This document shows, one piece after another, positions 28,664 to 38,014 of a DNA stretch of 64,000 bases. Origin of the DNA: Betaproteobacteria bacterium. Its GTDB lineage: Bacteria > Pseudomonadota > Gammaproteobacteria > Burkholderiales > Burkholderiaceae_C. How positions within the stretch are numbered: position 1 is the stretch's first letter; every line of letters starts with the position of its first letter. The notes beneath the pieces were generated by a model. The model was not told the DNA's origin. It saw only the letters and a list, made by a program, of their open reading frames with translations, and ran no database searches. The stretch lies in NCBI GenBank assembly GCA_043777895.1, contig JAYWHD010000036.1, positions 9,860 through 73,859 on the forward strand, written 5' to 3'. Made by a program: the position numbers and the translations under genes.

Positions 28664-30532
28664 ATGACCATGAATTACATTGAAATTATTGAAGATACAG
28701 TGCCATTGCAACCTAGTGCACCAGCTACCAATAAAATAAATATCAACTTTAGTCAGGCTGAACAGTCTGTAGAACCCACTGCTGCTAATCCAACGTATAC
28801 TTTACTAACAAACAATATACCTATAGAAACTGCATTCACTAGACCGACAATCCCTAATTCGGTCGCTAGTGTACTCCCCAATCAATCTTTTAATGCAGTG
28901 GGTACTCAAACCAATAATACAATGCTTGCTCCTGCGAAAATTAATTTTGCTCAAACACCGCCAGTGCCGTTGGCATCATCTAATATCGCTATGTCTGCTC
29001 AAGGTGAAGTTTTACTCAATGCAACTAAGCCTCCCGTTAATATTAAAGTAGTGGGTGTTGGCGGCGGCGGTGGTAATGCAGTAACGCACATGATTCGCTC
29101 TGGCGTTAAAAATGCGACTTATATTACTGTCAATACAGATTCGCAAGCCTTATATAAAACGCCTGCTGATATTAAAATTCAATTGGGTGATAATGGTCAA
29201 GGAGCTGGAGCAAAACCTGATATTGCTAGAAAATATGCAGAAGCAGCTAGACCACAATTAAAAGAAGCCCTGCAAGGGGCTGATATGGTGTTTATTACCG
29301 CTGGTTTAGGCAAAGGGACTGGAACAGGTGCTTCGGCTGTTGTCGCACAAGTTGCACAAGAGCTCAACGCACTAACCGTTTGTGTAGTAACCAAACCCTT
29401 CGCATCAGAAGGGGCTGGCCGTGCTAAGTTAGCTGATGCGGCAGCTGATGAATTAGAAATTCATTCCGATGCTATTATTGTAGTACTTAATAGTAAATTG
29501 GAAGATAGAAATCCAGATGGCTTATTAAGAGAGTGGTATCAAGCTGCTGATGATGTACTAAAAAATGCTGTTGCAACGATTATTGAAGTTATTCAAACCA
29601 ATGGCTACCAGAATGTAGATTTTAGAGATGTTGCCTCCGTCATTGGTTCAAACCGTGGCCGTGCTTTAATGGGAACTGCGCGTGCCAGCGGTCCAAATCG
29701 TGCAAAAGATGCCGCTATCGCTGTACTAAACTGTGATTTATTAGAAGAAGAAAACTTGCGTACCGCTCGCGGTGTGCTAATTAATATTACGGCAGCTGAA
29801 AGTAGTATGCGTGGGCGTGAAACCAATGAGGTAATTAATACTATTTTAGCTTCATTTGCTGATGATGTTACCCCCATTCATGGGATTACATTTGATGATA
29901 ATATGGGGGACGATATGCAAGTTACTTTAATTGTAAGTGGTATCGGTGCGCGTGCTAAAGCCGTTATATCTACACCTGACACAATGCGTCCCGCTACAGT
30001 GAGCTATCCTGGTCGCAGTGATTTTGGAGTCAATGGACAAGTAATATCAAATTTTTCACATCTTTCTAGTACATCATTGCAGCCTGTCACACCACCAACT
30101 GCACTGCTAAAAACAGGTACAGACCATGCCATATTTAACCCATTGGCTGAAACGCACCTTGATAAAAAGCTAACTAATGAGCTTAACTCTTTAAATCATT
30201 TGCCTCTGCGTACAACAGAATCAGGGCATTTACATACAACAAACAATATACATAATACTGGAGCTAAACAAGCTGATTTTTCAAATAGCATTCCTACTTT
30301 AACTCAAGAAATAGAAATTACGGCGACACAACGTTTGCCTGTTATAACCCCTTCAGTAGAATCATCAAATATTATGTTTAATCCCAGTTTAATGGTAAAC
30401 CCAAAACAAGATTCACAAAAAATTGTAAATGCAATGCAAGCCAGTGGTGTCCCCAATATAGAAATTCCAACCTACTTACGTAACCAACAAGATATAGAAA
30501 CACCTACATTTTTACGTAATCAAGTAAACTAG
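28664..30532 (+). CDS. ftsZ: Cell division protein FtsZ with about 125-aa N-terminal extension, long C-terminal linker and duplicated C-terminal peptide
   Basis: GVGGGGGNAV and TAGLGKGTGTGAS tubulin signatures. AAGGA lies 8 nt before ATG 28664. In-frame Met codons at 28922 and 28991 are alternative starts. Confidence 0.93.
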   Translation: MTMNYIEIIEDTVPLQPSAPATNKININFSQAEQSVEPTAANPTYTLLTNNIPIETAFTRPTIPNSVASVLPNQSFNAVGTQTNNTMLAPAKINFAQTPPVPLASSNIAMSAQGEVLLNATKPPVNIKVVGVGGGGGNAVTHMIRSGVKNATYITVNTDSQALYKTPADIKIQLGDNGQGAGAKPDIARKYAEAARPQLKEALQGADMVFITAGLGKGTGTGASAVVAQVAQELNALTVCVVTKPFASEGAGRAKLADAAADELEIHSDAIIVVLNSKLEDRNPDGLLREWYQAADDVLKNAVATIIEVIQTNGYQNVDFRDVASVIGSNRGRALMGTARASGPNRAKDAAIAVLNCDLLEEENLRTARGVLINITAAESSMRGRETNEVINTILASFADDVTPIHGITFDDNMGDDMQVTLIVSGIGARAKAVISTPDTMRPATVSYPGRSDFGVNGQVISNFSHLSSTSLQPVTPPTALLKTGTDHAIFNPLAETHLDKKLTNELNSLNHLPLRTTESGHLHTTNNIHNTGAKQADFSNSIPTLTQEIEITATQRLPVITPSVESSNIMFNPSLMVNPKQDSQKIVNAMQASGVPNIEIPTYLRNQQDIETPTFLRNQVN

Positions 30533-30660
30533 TAAGTAAACTAATTTTTGTTTAACTGACTTTCGTTCAACTGACTACGCAATTAATCTGTACACTTAAA
30601 ATTAAAGACTTACTAAGTAGGTAGTAATACCAAACGCATAAAAAATTCAAAAGTATATCT

Positions 30661-33039
30661 ATGACTAATTCGCACACTCGCGCAGTTACCAAAAATAAAG
30701 AAAATAAGTTCCAAACAAAAAAACTTCATCAAATTTTGACTGGGCAAGTAATAGGTCACCGTGATGGTTTTGGCTTTATGCAGCGTGATGTCGGTGAACC
30801 TGAAGGTGATGATATATTCTTACCTGCACATACTTTACGGCATGTTTTACACGGAGATACTGTTCGTGTACAAGTAATAGGTATTGACCCACGAGGGCGA
30901 CTAGAAGGTGAAGTAATAGAAGTGTTAGAACACCGTACGCGTAGTGTGGTGGGTCGGTTATTGCAAGAAAAAGACCAGTGGTTAGTTGTCCCAGAAGATC
31001 AACGTCTAAAACACGATATATGTGTTGATGCCAAAGATACGGGGGGGGCTGTGAGTGGGCAAGTAGTCGTAGCGACTATCACACACTACTCAACTGACAC
31101 CAGTGCAGCTCAAGGTATTGTGACAGAATTACTGGGTGAAGTAGATGATCCTGGGATGGAAATTGAAATTGCGGTGCGAAAGTTTGATGTACCACATATA
31201 TTTAGTGAGGCCGCTTTAAATTTAGCTGATTGTTTGCCTAACACCGTACAAGCGATTGATTTAATTGACCGCGTTAATTTGCGTGATATTAATTTACTGA
31301 CCATTGATGGCGAAGATGCACGTGACTTTGACGATGCCGTCTATTGTGAACCCGTTGGTGACCAACCTAATCAAGGCTGGCGACTATTAGTGGCTATTGC
31401 TGATGTATCCCATTACGTACGCAATGGTAATGCCCTTGATGCTGACGCACAAGAACGGACTACTTCTGTTTATTTTCCACGCCGGGTTATTCCAATGCTG
31501 CCCGAAAAAATATCTAACGGACTATGCTCATTAATGCCTAAAGTAGACCGTCTGTGTATGGTGGCAGATATGGTTATCTCAAAAGAAGGTTCAATAGACG
31601 CTTATCAGTTTTACCCCGCCGTTATGCACAGTGCGGCACGTTTAACATATAACCAAGTTTGGGAAGCCTTGTCCGAAAGTAAAGTAAGTAAAAAAAATAG
31701 TAACCCAGCGTATGCTGTATTACCCGAACTACACCATTTATATGCTGTATTTCAAGCTTTTTTAAATACACGGAAACAACGTGGTGCAATTGAATTTGAA
31801 ACCACTGAAACTTACTTTATCAGTAATGAAGCAGGGAAAATTGAGAGTATTGAGGCACGTACCCGTAATGATGCACATCGCTTAATTGAAGAGTGTATGT
31901 TGGCTGCCAATGTCTGTGCTGCTGATATGCTAACAACGCATAAACAAGCGGCTTTATACCGTGTTCACGAAGGCCCTACGCCACCTAAACTAGAGGCTTT
32001 GCGGGCGTATTTAAAAAACTTAGGCTTACAATTAGGCGGAGGCGACTCTCCTAAAGCTACTGATTATGCCCGTTTAATGCAAACAGTTAATGCCCGTGAA
32101 GATGCACAAGCTTTACAAAGCATTGTATTGCGTTCTATGCAGCAAGCAATCTATACGCCCGACAATGCGGGGCATTTTGGCTTGTCTTACGAAGCATACG
32201 CACACTTTACTTCACCTATTCGCCGTTATCCTGATTTGTTGGTACACAGGGCGATTAAAGCAATATTAGCTGGCTATACCTATTCACCGATTCAAACGGC
32301 TGCTGATCCCACAATATCTTTACACAAGAAAAAAAAGGCCGTGCCACAGACGGCTAAACTGAATACTAAAAGTAGCTTACATACACCAGCAGAGCAGAAA
32401 ATTCATAATGCTTGGACACGCTTAGGTATTTTATGTAGTGCGTATGAACGCCGTGCAGATGAAGCGAGCCGCGATGTAGAATCCTGGTTAAAGTGTCAAT
32501 ATATGCAGCAGTATATGGGAGATATTTTTAGTGGGACTATTACGGGTGTAGCTAACTTTGGTTTATTTGTAATATTAGATGGTTTGTATGTTGAAGGTAC
32601 TGTACATATTACTGAATTAGGGGCTGAATATTTTCAACATATTGAGTCTACACACGAACTGCGTGGCTCAAAAACAGGCAAGCGGTATACGGTAGGGCAA
32701 ACCGTACATGTACAAGTAGCACGGGTTGATTTAGAAGCGCGGCGTATTGAACTTAAATTGACACAAGCTGATATTGCTTTAAAAGCGGGGCATTTAAAAA
32801 TAAAGCCTACCTTATCGTCTAAGCTTCTCCAAACCAGCGAACCTGAACCCGTCAAACCCAGTAAAAGAACCAAAAATATTGTTAAAACTGCTATAAAAAT
32901 AGCTAAAAAAGTAGTGAATTTACCCACTGTACCTGTGGACACGGCTATTAAAAAAGTTAATGCGATTACTAAAGCCAGTAAGGCTAATAAAACTAATAAA
33001 GCTAATAAAATTACTAAAGCTAAGACTACAAAAACATAA
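30661..33039 (+). CDS. rnr: Ribonuclease R
   Basis: RNB domain (LTIDGEDARDFDDAV, HFGLSYEAYAHFTSPIRRYPDL), an S1 domain and a Lys-rich tail. Confidence 0.95.
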   Translation: MTNSHTRAVTKNKENKFQTKKLHQILTGQVIGHRDGFGFMQRDVGEPEGDDIFLPAHTLRHVLHGDTVRVQVIGIDPRGRLEGEVIEVLEHRTRSVVGRLLQEKDQWLVVPEDQRLKHDICVDAKDTGGAVSGQVVVATITHYSTDTSAAQGIVTELLGEVDDPGMEIEIAVRKFDVPHIFSEAALNLADCLPNTVQAIDLIDRVNLRDINLLTIDGEDARDFDDAVYCEPVGDQPNQGWRLLVAIADVSHYVRNGNALDADAQERTTSVYFPRRVIPMLPEKISNGLCSLMPKVDRLCMVADMVISKEGSIDAYQFYPAVMHSAARLTYNQVWEALSESKVSKKNSNPAYAVLPELHHLYAVFQAFLNTRKQRGAIEFETTETYFISNEAGKIESIEARTRNDAHRLIEECMLAANVCAADMLTTHKQAALYRVHEGPTPPKLEALRAYLKNLGLQLGGGDSPKATDYARLMQTVNAREDAQALQSIVLRSMQQAIYTPDNAGHFGLSYEAYAHFTSPIRRYPDLLVHRAIKAILAGYTYSPIQTAADPTISLHKKKKAVPQTAKLNTKSSLHTPAEQKIHNAWTRLGILCSAYERRADEASRDVESWLKCQYMQQYMGDIFSGTITGVANFGLFVILDGLYVEGTVHITELGAEYFQHIESTHELRGSKTGKRYTVGQTVHVQVARVDLEARRIELKLTQADIALKAGHLKIKPTLSSKLLQTSEPEPVKPSKRTKNIVKTAIKIAKKVVNLPTVPVDTAIKKVNAITKASKANKTNKANKITKAKTTKT

Positions 33040-33050
33040 ACTATGAAACG

Positions 33051-33338
33051 CTATTTACGCTGCAAAATATGTATGCAAATAATACCGTTCATATACTGCC
33101 CTATTAATATATTACCCGTTTGTTGAGCAAATACTTGAAAATCGCGAATAGCACCCGAATCAGTGGAGGTTACCCGTAATATTTGACCTGATACCATATT
33201 AGCTAATGCTTTTTTGGTTTTTAAAATAGGCAGTGGGCAGTTTAAGCCTTGAGTATTAATCTCTACATCAACCGCTTGGTTTAAGCAGTTGCTTTGGTTA
33301 AAACTGCTTATTACTGTACTGTTCATTAATGGTGTCAT
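33051..33338 (-). CDS. tusA: TusA/SirA-family sulfurtransferase
   Basis: GLNCPLPILKTKKAL (CPxP active-site motif), about 80-aa core. Confidence 0.8.
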   Translation of the reverse strand: MTPLMNSTVISSFNQSNCLNQAVDVEINTQGLNCPLPILKTKKALANMVSGQILRVTSTDSGAIRDFQVFAQQTGNILIGQYMNGIICIHILQRK

Positions 33339-33479
33339 GTGTATATATTCGCGTTTAATACTTTATAAGCATACTTAATCAGTCATTTTAGTTTAAACGC
33401 AGCTGCTAAATACTTAGGTAGTGTCTTGTTGTAAACTATAAAAATAAAATATATTAAATTAAATTAAATTAAATTAAAT

Positions 33480-33821
33480 ATGATAAATAAGCTTGATATA
33501 AATGATAAAGTTTTAAAGCAACTGTCTGCTACTATTGCTGATAGAGCTAAAATTGATCCTACACAGTCTTATGTAGCAAAATTATTGCATAAAGGTCAAG
33601 AGACCATTTTAAAAAAAATAGGTGAAGAAGCCACAGAACTGGTTATGGCAAGTAAAGACGGTTTGTCTGAAAAAGTAGTGTATGAATGTGCCGACTTATG
33701 GTTTCATACTGCAGTTTTATTACAATACCACGGTTTAAGTACTCAAGATATTCTGAACGAACTAGCACGCCGTGAAGGCACTAGCGGCTTACTTGAAAAA
33801 TCTTTGCGAAATACTGATTGA
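33480..33821 (+). CDS. hisE: Phosphoribosyl-ATP pyrophosphatase
   Basis: [24 protein letters not shown] and [11 protein letters not shown], typical of PRA-PH. Confidence 0.85.
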   Translation: MINKLDINDKVLKQLSATIADRAKIDPTQSYVAKLLHKGQETILKKIGEEATELVMASKDGLSEKVVYECADLWFHTAVLLQYHGLSTQDILNELARREGTSGLLEKSLRNTD

Positions 33822-33825
33822 AACC

Positions 33826-34230
33826 ATGATGCATTCTTGCTCAACTGAACAAGCAGTACAACCACACAGCCAGTCGCCTCATCTTGCAGATGAAAATTGC
33901 TTATTTTGTAAAATCATTGCAAAAAAAATTCCAGCTAAAATAGTCTACGAAGATGCAGACATTCTTGCTTTTCATGATATTAAGCCGGCTGCACCCGTAC
34001 ATTTTTTAATTGTTCCAAAAGTACATATAGAGTCACTCAATCATTTACATACTGAGCATTTTTCTGTTTTAACGCGTATTTTAATGCTTGCCCCGCAACT
34101 GGCTGCTGAACAAGGCTGTAGAGAAGGCCGTACTGGTGGCTTTAAATTATTAATCAATAATGGGGTAGAGGGTGGTCAAGAGATATTCCATTTACATTTT
34201 CATATTATGGGTGGGAAGCGTCCTTGGTAA
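33826..34230 (+). CDS. HIT-family (histidine triad) nucleotide-binding protein
   Basis: HLHFHIMGG triad. I prefer ATG 33826, just after the hisE stop, over the track start at GTG 33772. Confidence 0.88.
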   Translation: MMHSCSTEQAVQPHSQSPHLADENCLFCKIIAKKIPAKIVYEDADILAFHDIKPAAPVHFLIVPKVHIESLNHLHTEHFSVLTRILMLAPQLAAEQGCREGRTGGFKLLINNGVEGGQEIFHLHFHIMGGKRPW

Positions 34231-34277
34231 ATAACAGGTTATATTATTAAGTATTTATTTTTTACTTTACTTGTCAT

Positions 34278-34337
34278 TTATTCTTATTATTTATTCTTAT
34301 TATTTATTCTTATTACTTATTACTTATTACTTATTAG
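34278..34337. repeat. Tandem repeats (TTTATTCTTATTA x3; TTACTTA x3)
   Basis: Read directly upstream of tatA. Confidence 0.85.
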
Positions 34338-34360
34338 CTATTTTATTTTTAGGAGTCATC

Positions 34361-34579
34361 ATGGGTTCATTTAGTATTGTTCATTGGATTGTTGTTTTAT
34401 TAATTGTTATGCTGGTATTTGGTACTAAAAAGTTACGCAATATGGGTAGCGATTTAGGAGGGGCGATTAAGGGCTTTAAAGAAGGTATGAAAGAAACCTC
34501 AACCGATTCAACTACGCCTCCTGCTACAACCCAACCTGCGGCTGTAGTGATTGATGTACAAGCGACTGAAAAAAAATAA
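34361..34579 (+). CDS. tatA: Sec-independent protein translocase TatA
   Basis: [45 protein letters not shown] at 34351-34355 precedes ATG 34361. Confidence 0.92.
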   Translation: MGSFSIVHWIVVLLIVMLVFGTKKLRNMGSDLGGAIKGFKEGMKETSTDSTTPPATTQPAAVVIDVQATEKK

Positions 34580-34591
34580 TGCCTTCAAATT

Positions 34592-35167
34592 ATGTTTGAT
34601 ATTGGACTGTCCGAGTTAGTGGTAATTGGTAGTGTTGCCTTAATTGTGTTAGGACCAGAAAAACTCGCTGTAGTCGCTCGTACGGCTGGCAACTTAGCGG
34701 GTAAAGCCCAACGCTATCTCAATGATATAAAGGCTGACTTAGCCCGTGAAGGCCAACTATCAGAACTTAGAGCGATTAAAGAGCAGCTTGAATTAGCTGG
34801 ACACAGCTTACAAGATTCTTTTCAAAAAGAAGTTGGTACACTGAAAAATGGTTTAATCCAAGACTATTCAGCTTTATCTTCACCGCAATCATTACTAAAT
34901 GAGATAAAAATAGATGATAAAAAATCAGATGTTATAAATAATAATAGTAATAATAATAACTTTAATGTGTATCAAGATGCCTTAATTAGCGATTCAAATG
35001 AACCTGACCATTCTATATTAACCAATTGGCAGGCTGAATTAGAGCGTTTAAAAATAGATTTAGCAACTACAGAATGCCGCATCATACAAATAAAAAAAGA
35101 TATTAATTCAATAGTACTACCTGCTAATATACCCGCCTCATCTGCAACACCTATTACTTATGACTAA
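34592..35167 (+). CDS. tatB: Sec-independent protein translocase TatB
   Basis: MFDIGLSELVVIGSVALIVLGPEKL. It follows tatA. There is an N-rich insertion. Confidence 0.9.
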   Translation: MFDIGLSELVVIGSVALIVLGPEKLAVVARTAGNLAGKAQRYLNDIKADLAREGQLSELRAIKEQLELAGHSLQDSFQKEVGTLKNGLIQDYSALSSPQSLLNEIKIDDKKSDVINNNSNNNNFNVYQDALISDSNEPDHSILTNWQAELERLKIDLATTECRIIQIKKDINSIVLPANIPASSATPITYD

Positions 35168-35936
35168 TTCATTAAAAGGCGTTCCTCACCTATCTTTAGA
35201 AACAGACAATGCTCCCGAAGAAAGCCTAATGTCTCACTTAATTGAGCTACGCAGCCGATTAATGAAAGCCAGTTTAGCCGTGATTGTTATATTTATAATA
35301 TTGATGGTTTTCCCTGGGCAGCAAACCATATTTAACTTTTTATTTAGTCCAATGGTCGGTGCTTTGGCAGTCAATGGCAGTAAAATAATTGTAACTAACC
35401 CAACAGACTCTTTTTTAATTCCAATAAAATTATTGTTTTTAGTTGCTTTTTTAGGTGCATTGCCCTTTATTTTTTACCAAATATATGCTTTTGTTGCCCC
35501 TGGCTTGTATAAAACCGAAAAACATTTAGTATTGCCAGTCATTGTTTCATCAACCATACTATTTTTTTGCGGTACAGCATTTTGTCATTTTATAGTATTC
35601 GCTAAGGTATTTGTATTTTTCAGAGAAGTTGCCCCTACCAGTGTAAGCTATATGCCTGATATTGCTAAAGTATTTAGCTTTGTCGTTACTTTATTTTTAG
35701 CTTTTGGGATTACTTTTGAAATACCTGTCATTGTTGTCTTATTGGTACGATTAGGTATGGTGGAACTAAGTAAGTTACGCGATATTCGTAGCTATGTAAT
35801 AGTCGCTGCCTTTATTATTGCTGCAATAGTTGCTCCGCCTGATGTTTTATCGCAATTTATGCTGGCATTGCCAATGGTTGTACTATATGAACTGGGCTTA
35901 ATTGCAGCACAACTAATCAATAAACCTAATCAATAA
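35160..35936 (+). CDS. tatC: Sec-independent protein translocase TatC
   Basis: Six-span membrane protein (HLIELRSRL..., FEIPVIVVLL) overlapping the tatB end. Confidence 0.94.
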   Translation: MTNSLKGVPHLSLETDNAPEESLMSHLIELRSRLMKASLAVIVIFIILMVFPGQQTIFNFLFSPMVGALAVNGSKIIVTNPTDSFLIPIKLLFLVAFLGALPFIFYQIYAFVAPGLYKTEKHLVLPVIVSSTILFFCGTAFCHFIVFAKVFVFFREVAPTSVSYMPDIAKVFSFVVTLFLAFGITFEIPVIVVLLVRLGMVELSKLRDIRSYVIVAAFIIAAIVAPPDVLSQFMLALPMVVLYELGLIAAQLINKPNQ

Positions 35937-36022
35937 CTACTAATTAATAGTCGTTAGTCAATACATCTAATAAATAAGCCTAATAAAATGCCCCTGAAAC
36001 CCTTTAAATATATCATTAATAC

Positions 36023-36598
36023 GTGACTATTTATGACACTATTTTGACAGTTTTGCCACAAACACAATGTACTCAATGTGGTTATGAGGGGTGCGCACCT
36101 TATGCACAAGCAATTATTGCGGGCAAAGCTGACATAAACCGTTGCCCTCCTGGCGGCGATAGTGGTGTAATTCAACTGGCTGCTATTACAGGTTTGAAGG
36201 TCAAGCCTATTGATAAACAGTGTGGTGAAATAAAACCAAGACACATTGCAGTGATTGATTCTGCTCGCTGTATTGGTTGTACATTGTGTATCGTAGCCTG
36301 CCCCGTTGATGCAATTGTTGGATCAACTAAAGCAATGCACCGTGTTATTAATGAATCATGTACTGGGTGTGATTTATGCTTACCGCCTTGTCCTGTTGAT
36401 TGCATCACTATGGAACGAATAGGAGGACACTTAGAGTGGACACTACAGAATGCTACAACTGCGAGATTAGCATACGAAAACCGCTTAGAAAGGTTAAGTA
36501 CTGTCCGAGAAATACCTGCCAACAATATTAAAAATACTGCACAGTCTGCTGCTATTACTGCTTTAGAGCGAGCAAAAGCCAAACGTAATATTGTATAG
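36023..36598 (+). CDS. RnfB/RsxB-like 4Fe-4S ferredoxin lacking the membrane anchor
   Basis: LPQTQCTQCGYEGCAPYAQAI...INRCPPGG plus CIGCTLCIVACP and CTGCDLCLPPCP. GTG start. Confidence 0.82.
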   Translation: MTIYDTILTVLPQTQCTQCGYEGCAPYAQAIIAGKADINRCPPGGDSGVIQLAAITGLKVKPIDKQCGEIKPRHIAVIDSARCIGCTLCIVACPVDAIVGSTKAMHRVINESCTGCDLCLPPCPVDCITMERIGGHLEWTLQNATTARLAYENRLERLSTVREIPANNIKNTAQSAAITALERAKAKRNIV

Positions 36599-36644
36599 CT
36601 AGACGTAGCCTAAACGTTTAGGCTAATGATATTAGCTATTTAAA

Positions 36645-36685
36645 AAATAAACCGTAAAAAAGCAAACTTATTTTATGGTTTATTT
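36645..36685. terminator. Bidirectional hairpin between convergent ferredoxin gene and rpmG
   Basis: AAATAAACCGTAAAA (36645-36659) pairs with TTTTATGGTTTATTT (36671-36685) with one G-U pair. A second palindrome, TAGCCTAAACGTTTAGGCTA, lies at 36606-36625. Confidence 0.6.
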
Positions 36686-36730
36686 TACTTTTAATAAAGA
36701 AAACTCTAGGTAAAAAATATTAAATAATAA

Positions 36731-36886
36731 CTATTTAATTTTTGCTTCTTTATATTCTACGTGTTTACGAACAACAGGATCAAATTTCATTAATAACAGT
36801 TTTTCTGGTTTAGTCCGTTTATTTTTAGTTGTTGTATAAAAGTGACCTGTACCTGCCGTAGATTCTAGTTTGATTTTATCGCGCAT
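36731..36886 (-). CDS. rpmG: 50S ribosomal protein L33 (below the ORF-track size cutoff)
   Basis: Hand translation gives [51 protein letters not shown]. It lies directly downstream of rpmB. Confidence 0.93.
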   Translation of the reverse strand: MRDKIKLESTAGTGHFYTTTKNKRTKPEKLLLMKFDPVVRKHVEYKEAKIK

Positions 36887-36914
36887 TGATGACTCCGATT
36901 ATTCTAAGTTAAAA

Positions 36915-37148
36915 TTAAAGTGCGCCACTTGCGCGTAAATCAGCTAAAACACGATCAACGCCGCGTTTTTCTAAAGTACGTAAACCAGCATTGCTTAGGC
37001 GAAGAGATATGAAACGATTTTCACTTTCAACCCAAATACGGCGTTGCTGCAAATTAGGCAAGAAGCGGCGTTTTGTGTGATTATTAGAGTGAGAAACATT
37101 ATTGCCCACCATTGGGGCTTTACCAGTAACGATGCAAACACGTGCCAT
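36915..37148 (-). CDS. rpmB: 50S ribosomal protein L28
   Basis: [34 protein letters not shown]. Confidence 0.96.
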   Translation of the reverse strand: MARVCIVTGKAPMVGNNVSHSNNHTKRRFLPNLQQRRIWVESENRFISLRLSNAGLRTLEKRGVDRVLADLRASGAL

Positions 37149-37453
37149 ATTAACCTAGAGATAGTTGATGAAATGATGGGTACACAATTAATGCGTACAT
37201 TAGCTATTTTTAACCTAAATTAAGTAAATAGTTGAACATACACAATGCAGCTAAACATTTAAAAAATGTTTTATTGGTATTGGTAAATAAGTTTTAAAGC
37301 TTACTGCTATTTACATGGTGTAATATTATACACATAGCTTTTAATTATAACGTATATTTATAGTTAGAGTATATTTTATTTTTGGTACACTGATTTTATA
37401 TTTTTTTACATATAGTTTGTGTATACATTATTTATATTTAAGCTGGTTTAAAT

Positions 37454-37834
37454 TTATCTAGCTACAATCGCTTCCACTTCAAATTCAGCATTTTTGGGTA
37501 GACTCGCAACGCCAACTGTTGAACGCGCACAAAATGGCTGGGGCATTACTTCCGCCATAATTGCATTAACAACAGAAAATTGTGCCATATCAGTTACAAA
37601 CAATGTAAGCTTTACAACATCGCTTAACTGTCCGCCTGTTACAGCAACTACTGCACTCATATTAGCAAATGCTTGCCGTACTTGTGCCTCAAAAGGGTGT
37701 ACTAACTCACCTGTTATAGGGTGTAAACCAATTTGACCCGATAAAAAAACAATATCACCAACAGCTTGTGCCGCTTGATTGTAAGGGCCTACAGCAGCAG
37801 GGGCGTTGGGTGTAGAAATAATTATTTTTGGCAT
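37454..37834 (-). CDS. ridA: RidA/YjgF-family enamine/imine deaminase
   Basis: APAAVGPYNQA...GQIGL...VKLTLFV...LPKNAEFEVEAI. Confidence 0.9.
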   Translation of the reverse strand: MPKIIISTPNAPAAVGPYNQAAQAVGDIVFLSGQIGLHPITGELVHPFEAQVRQAFANMSAVVAVTGGQLSDVVKLTLFVTDMAQFSVVNAIMAEVMPQPFCARSTVGVASLPKNAEFEVEAIVAR

Positions 37835-37921
37835 ATTGTTTATATATAAAAACTGCTGAATAAAAGGTGATGTGTAAAAATATTGCTTATAATAAATTGT
37901 AAATATTTATAAACAATCATG

Positions 37922-37955
37922 TAACTATAAATAACTATAAATAACTATAAATATT
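37922..37955. repeat. 10-nt tandem repeat x3 (AACTATAAAT)
   Basis: Read directly upstream of ridA. The period is close to one helical turn. Confidence 0.85.
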
Positions 37956-38014
37956 AACGTAAATTAATATAAAAATACGGGTATTTACTGATAAAAATTA
38001 ACTGTATTTGACAA

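Noticed and set aside
33772-33825. A GTG start for the HIT protein overlaps the last 50 nt of hisE.
   Set aside because: In-frame ATG 33826 lies just after the hisE stop and gives a normal-length HIT protein. The upstream codons have no HIT-family counterpart.
34271-34360. The ORF track extends tatA 30 codons upstream ([30 protein letters not shown]).
   Set aside because: That stretch is the translation of the TTTATTCTTATTA/TTACTTA tandem repeats. A strong AGGAG precedes ATG 34361, and the canonical TatA N-terminus starts there.
35954-36244. A 96-codon minus-strand ORF spans the tatC/ferredoxin spacer.
   Set aside because: It overlaps the well-supported RnfB-like ferredoxin start, and it has no motif and no ribosome-binding site.
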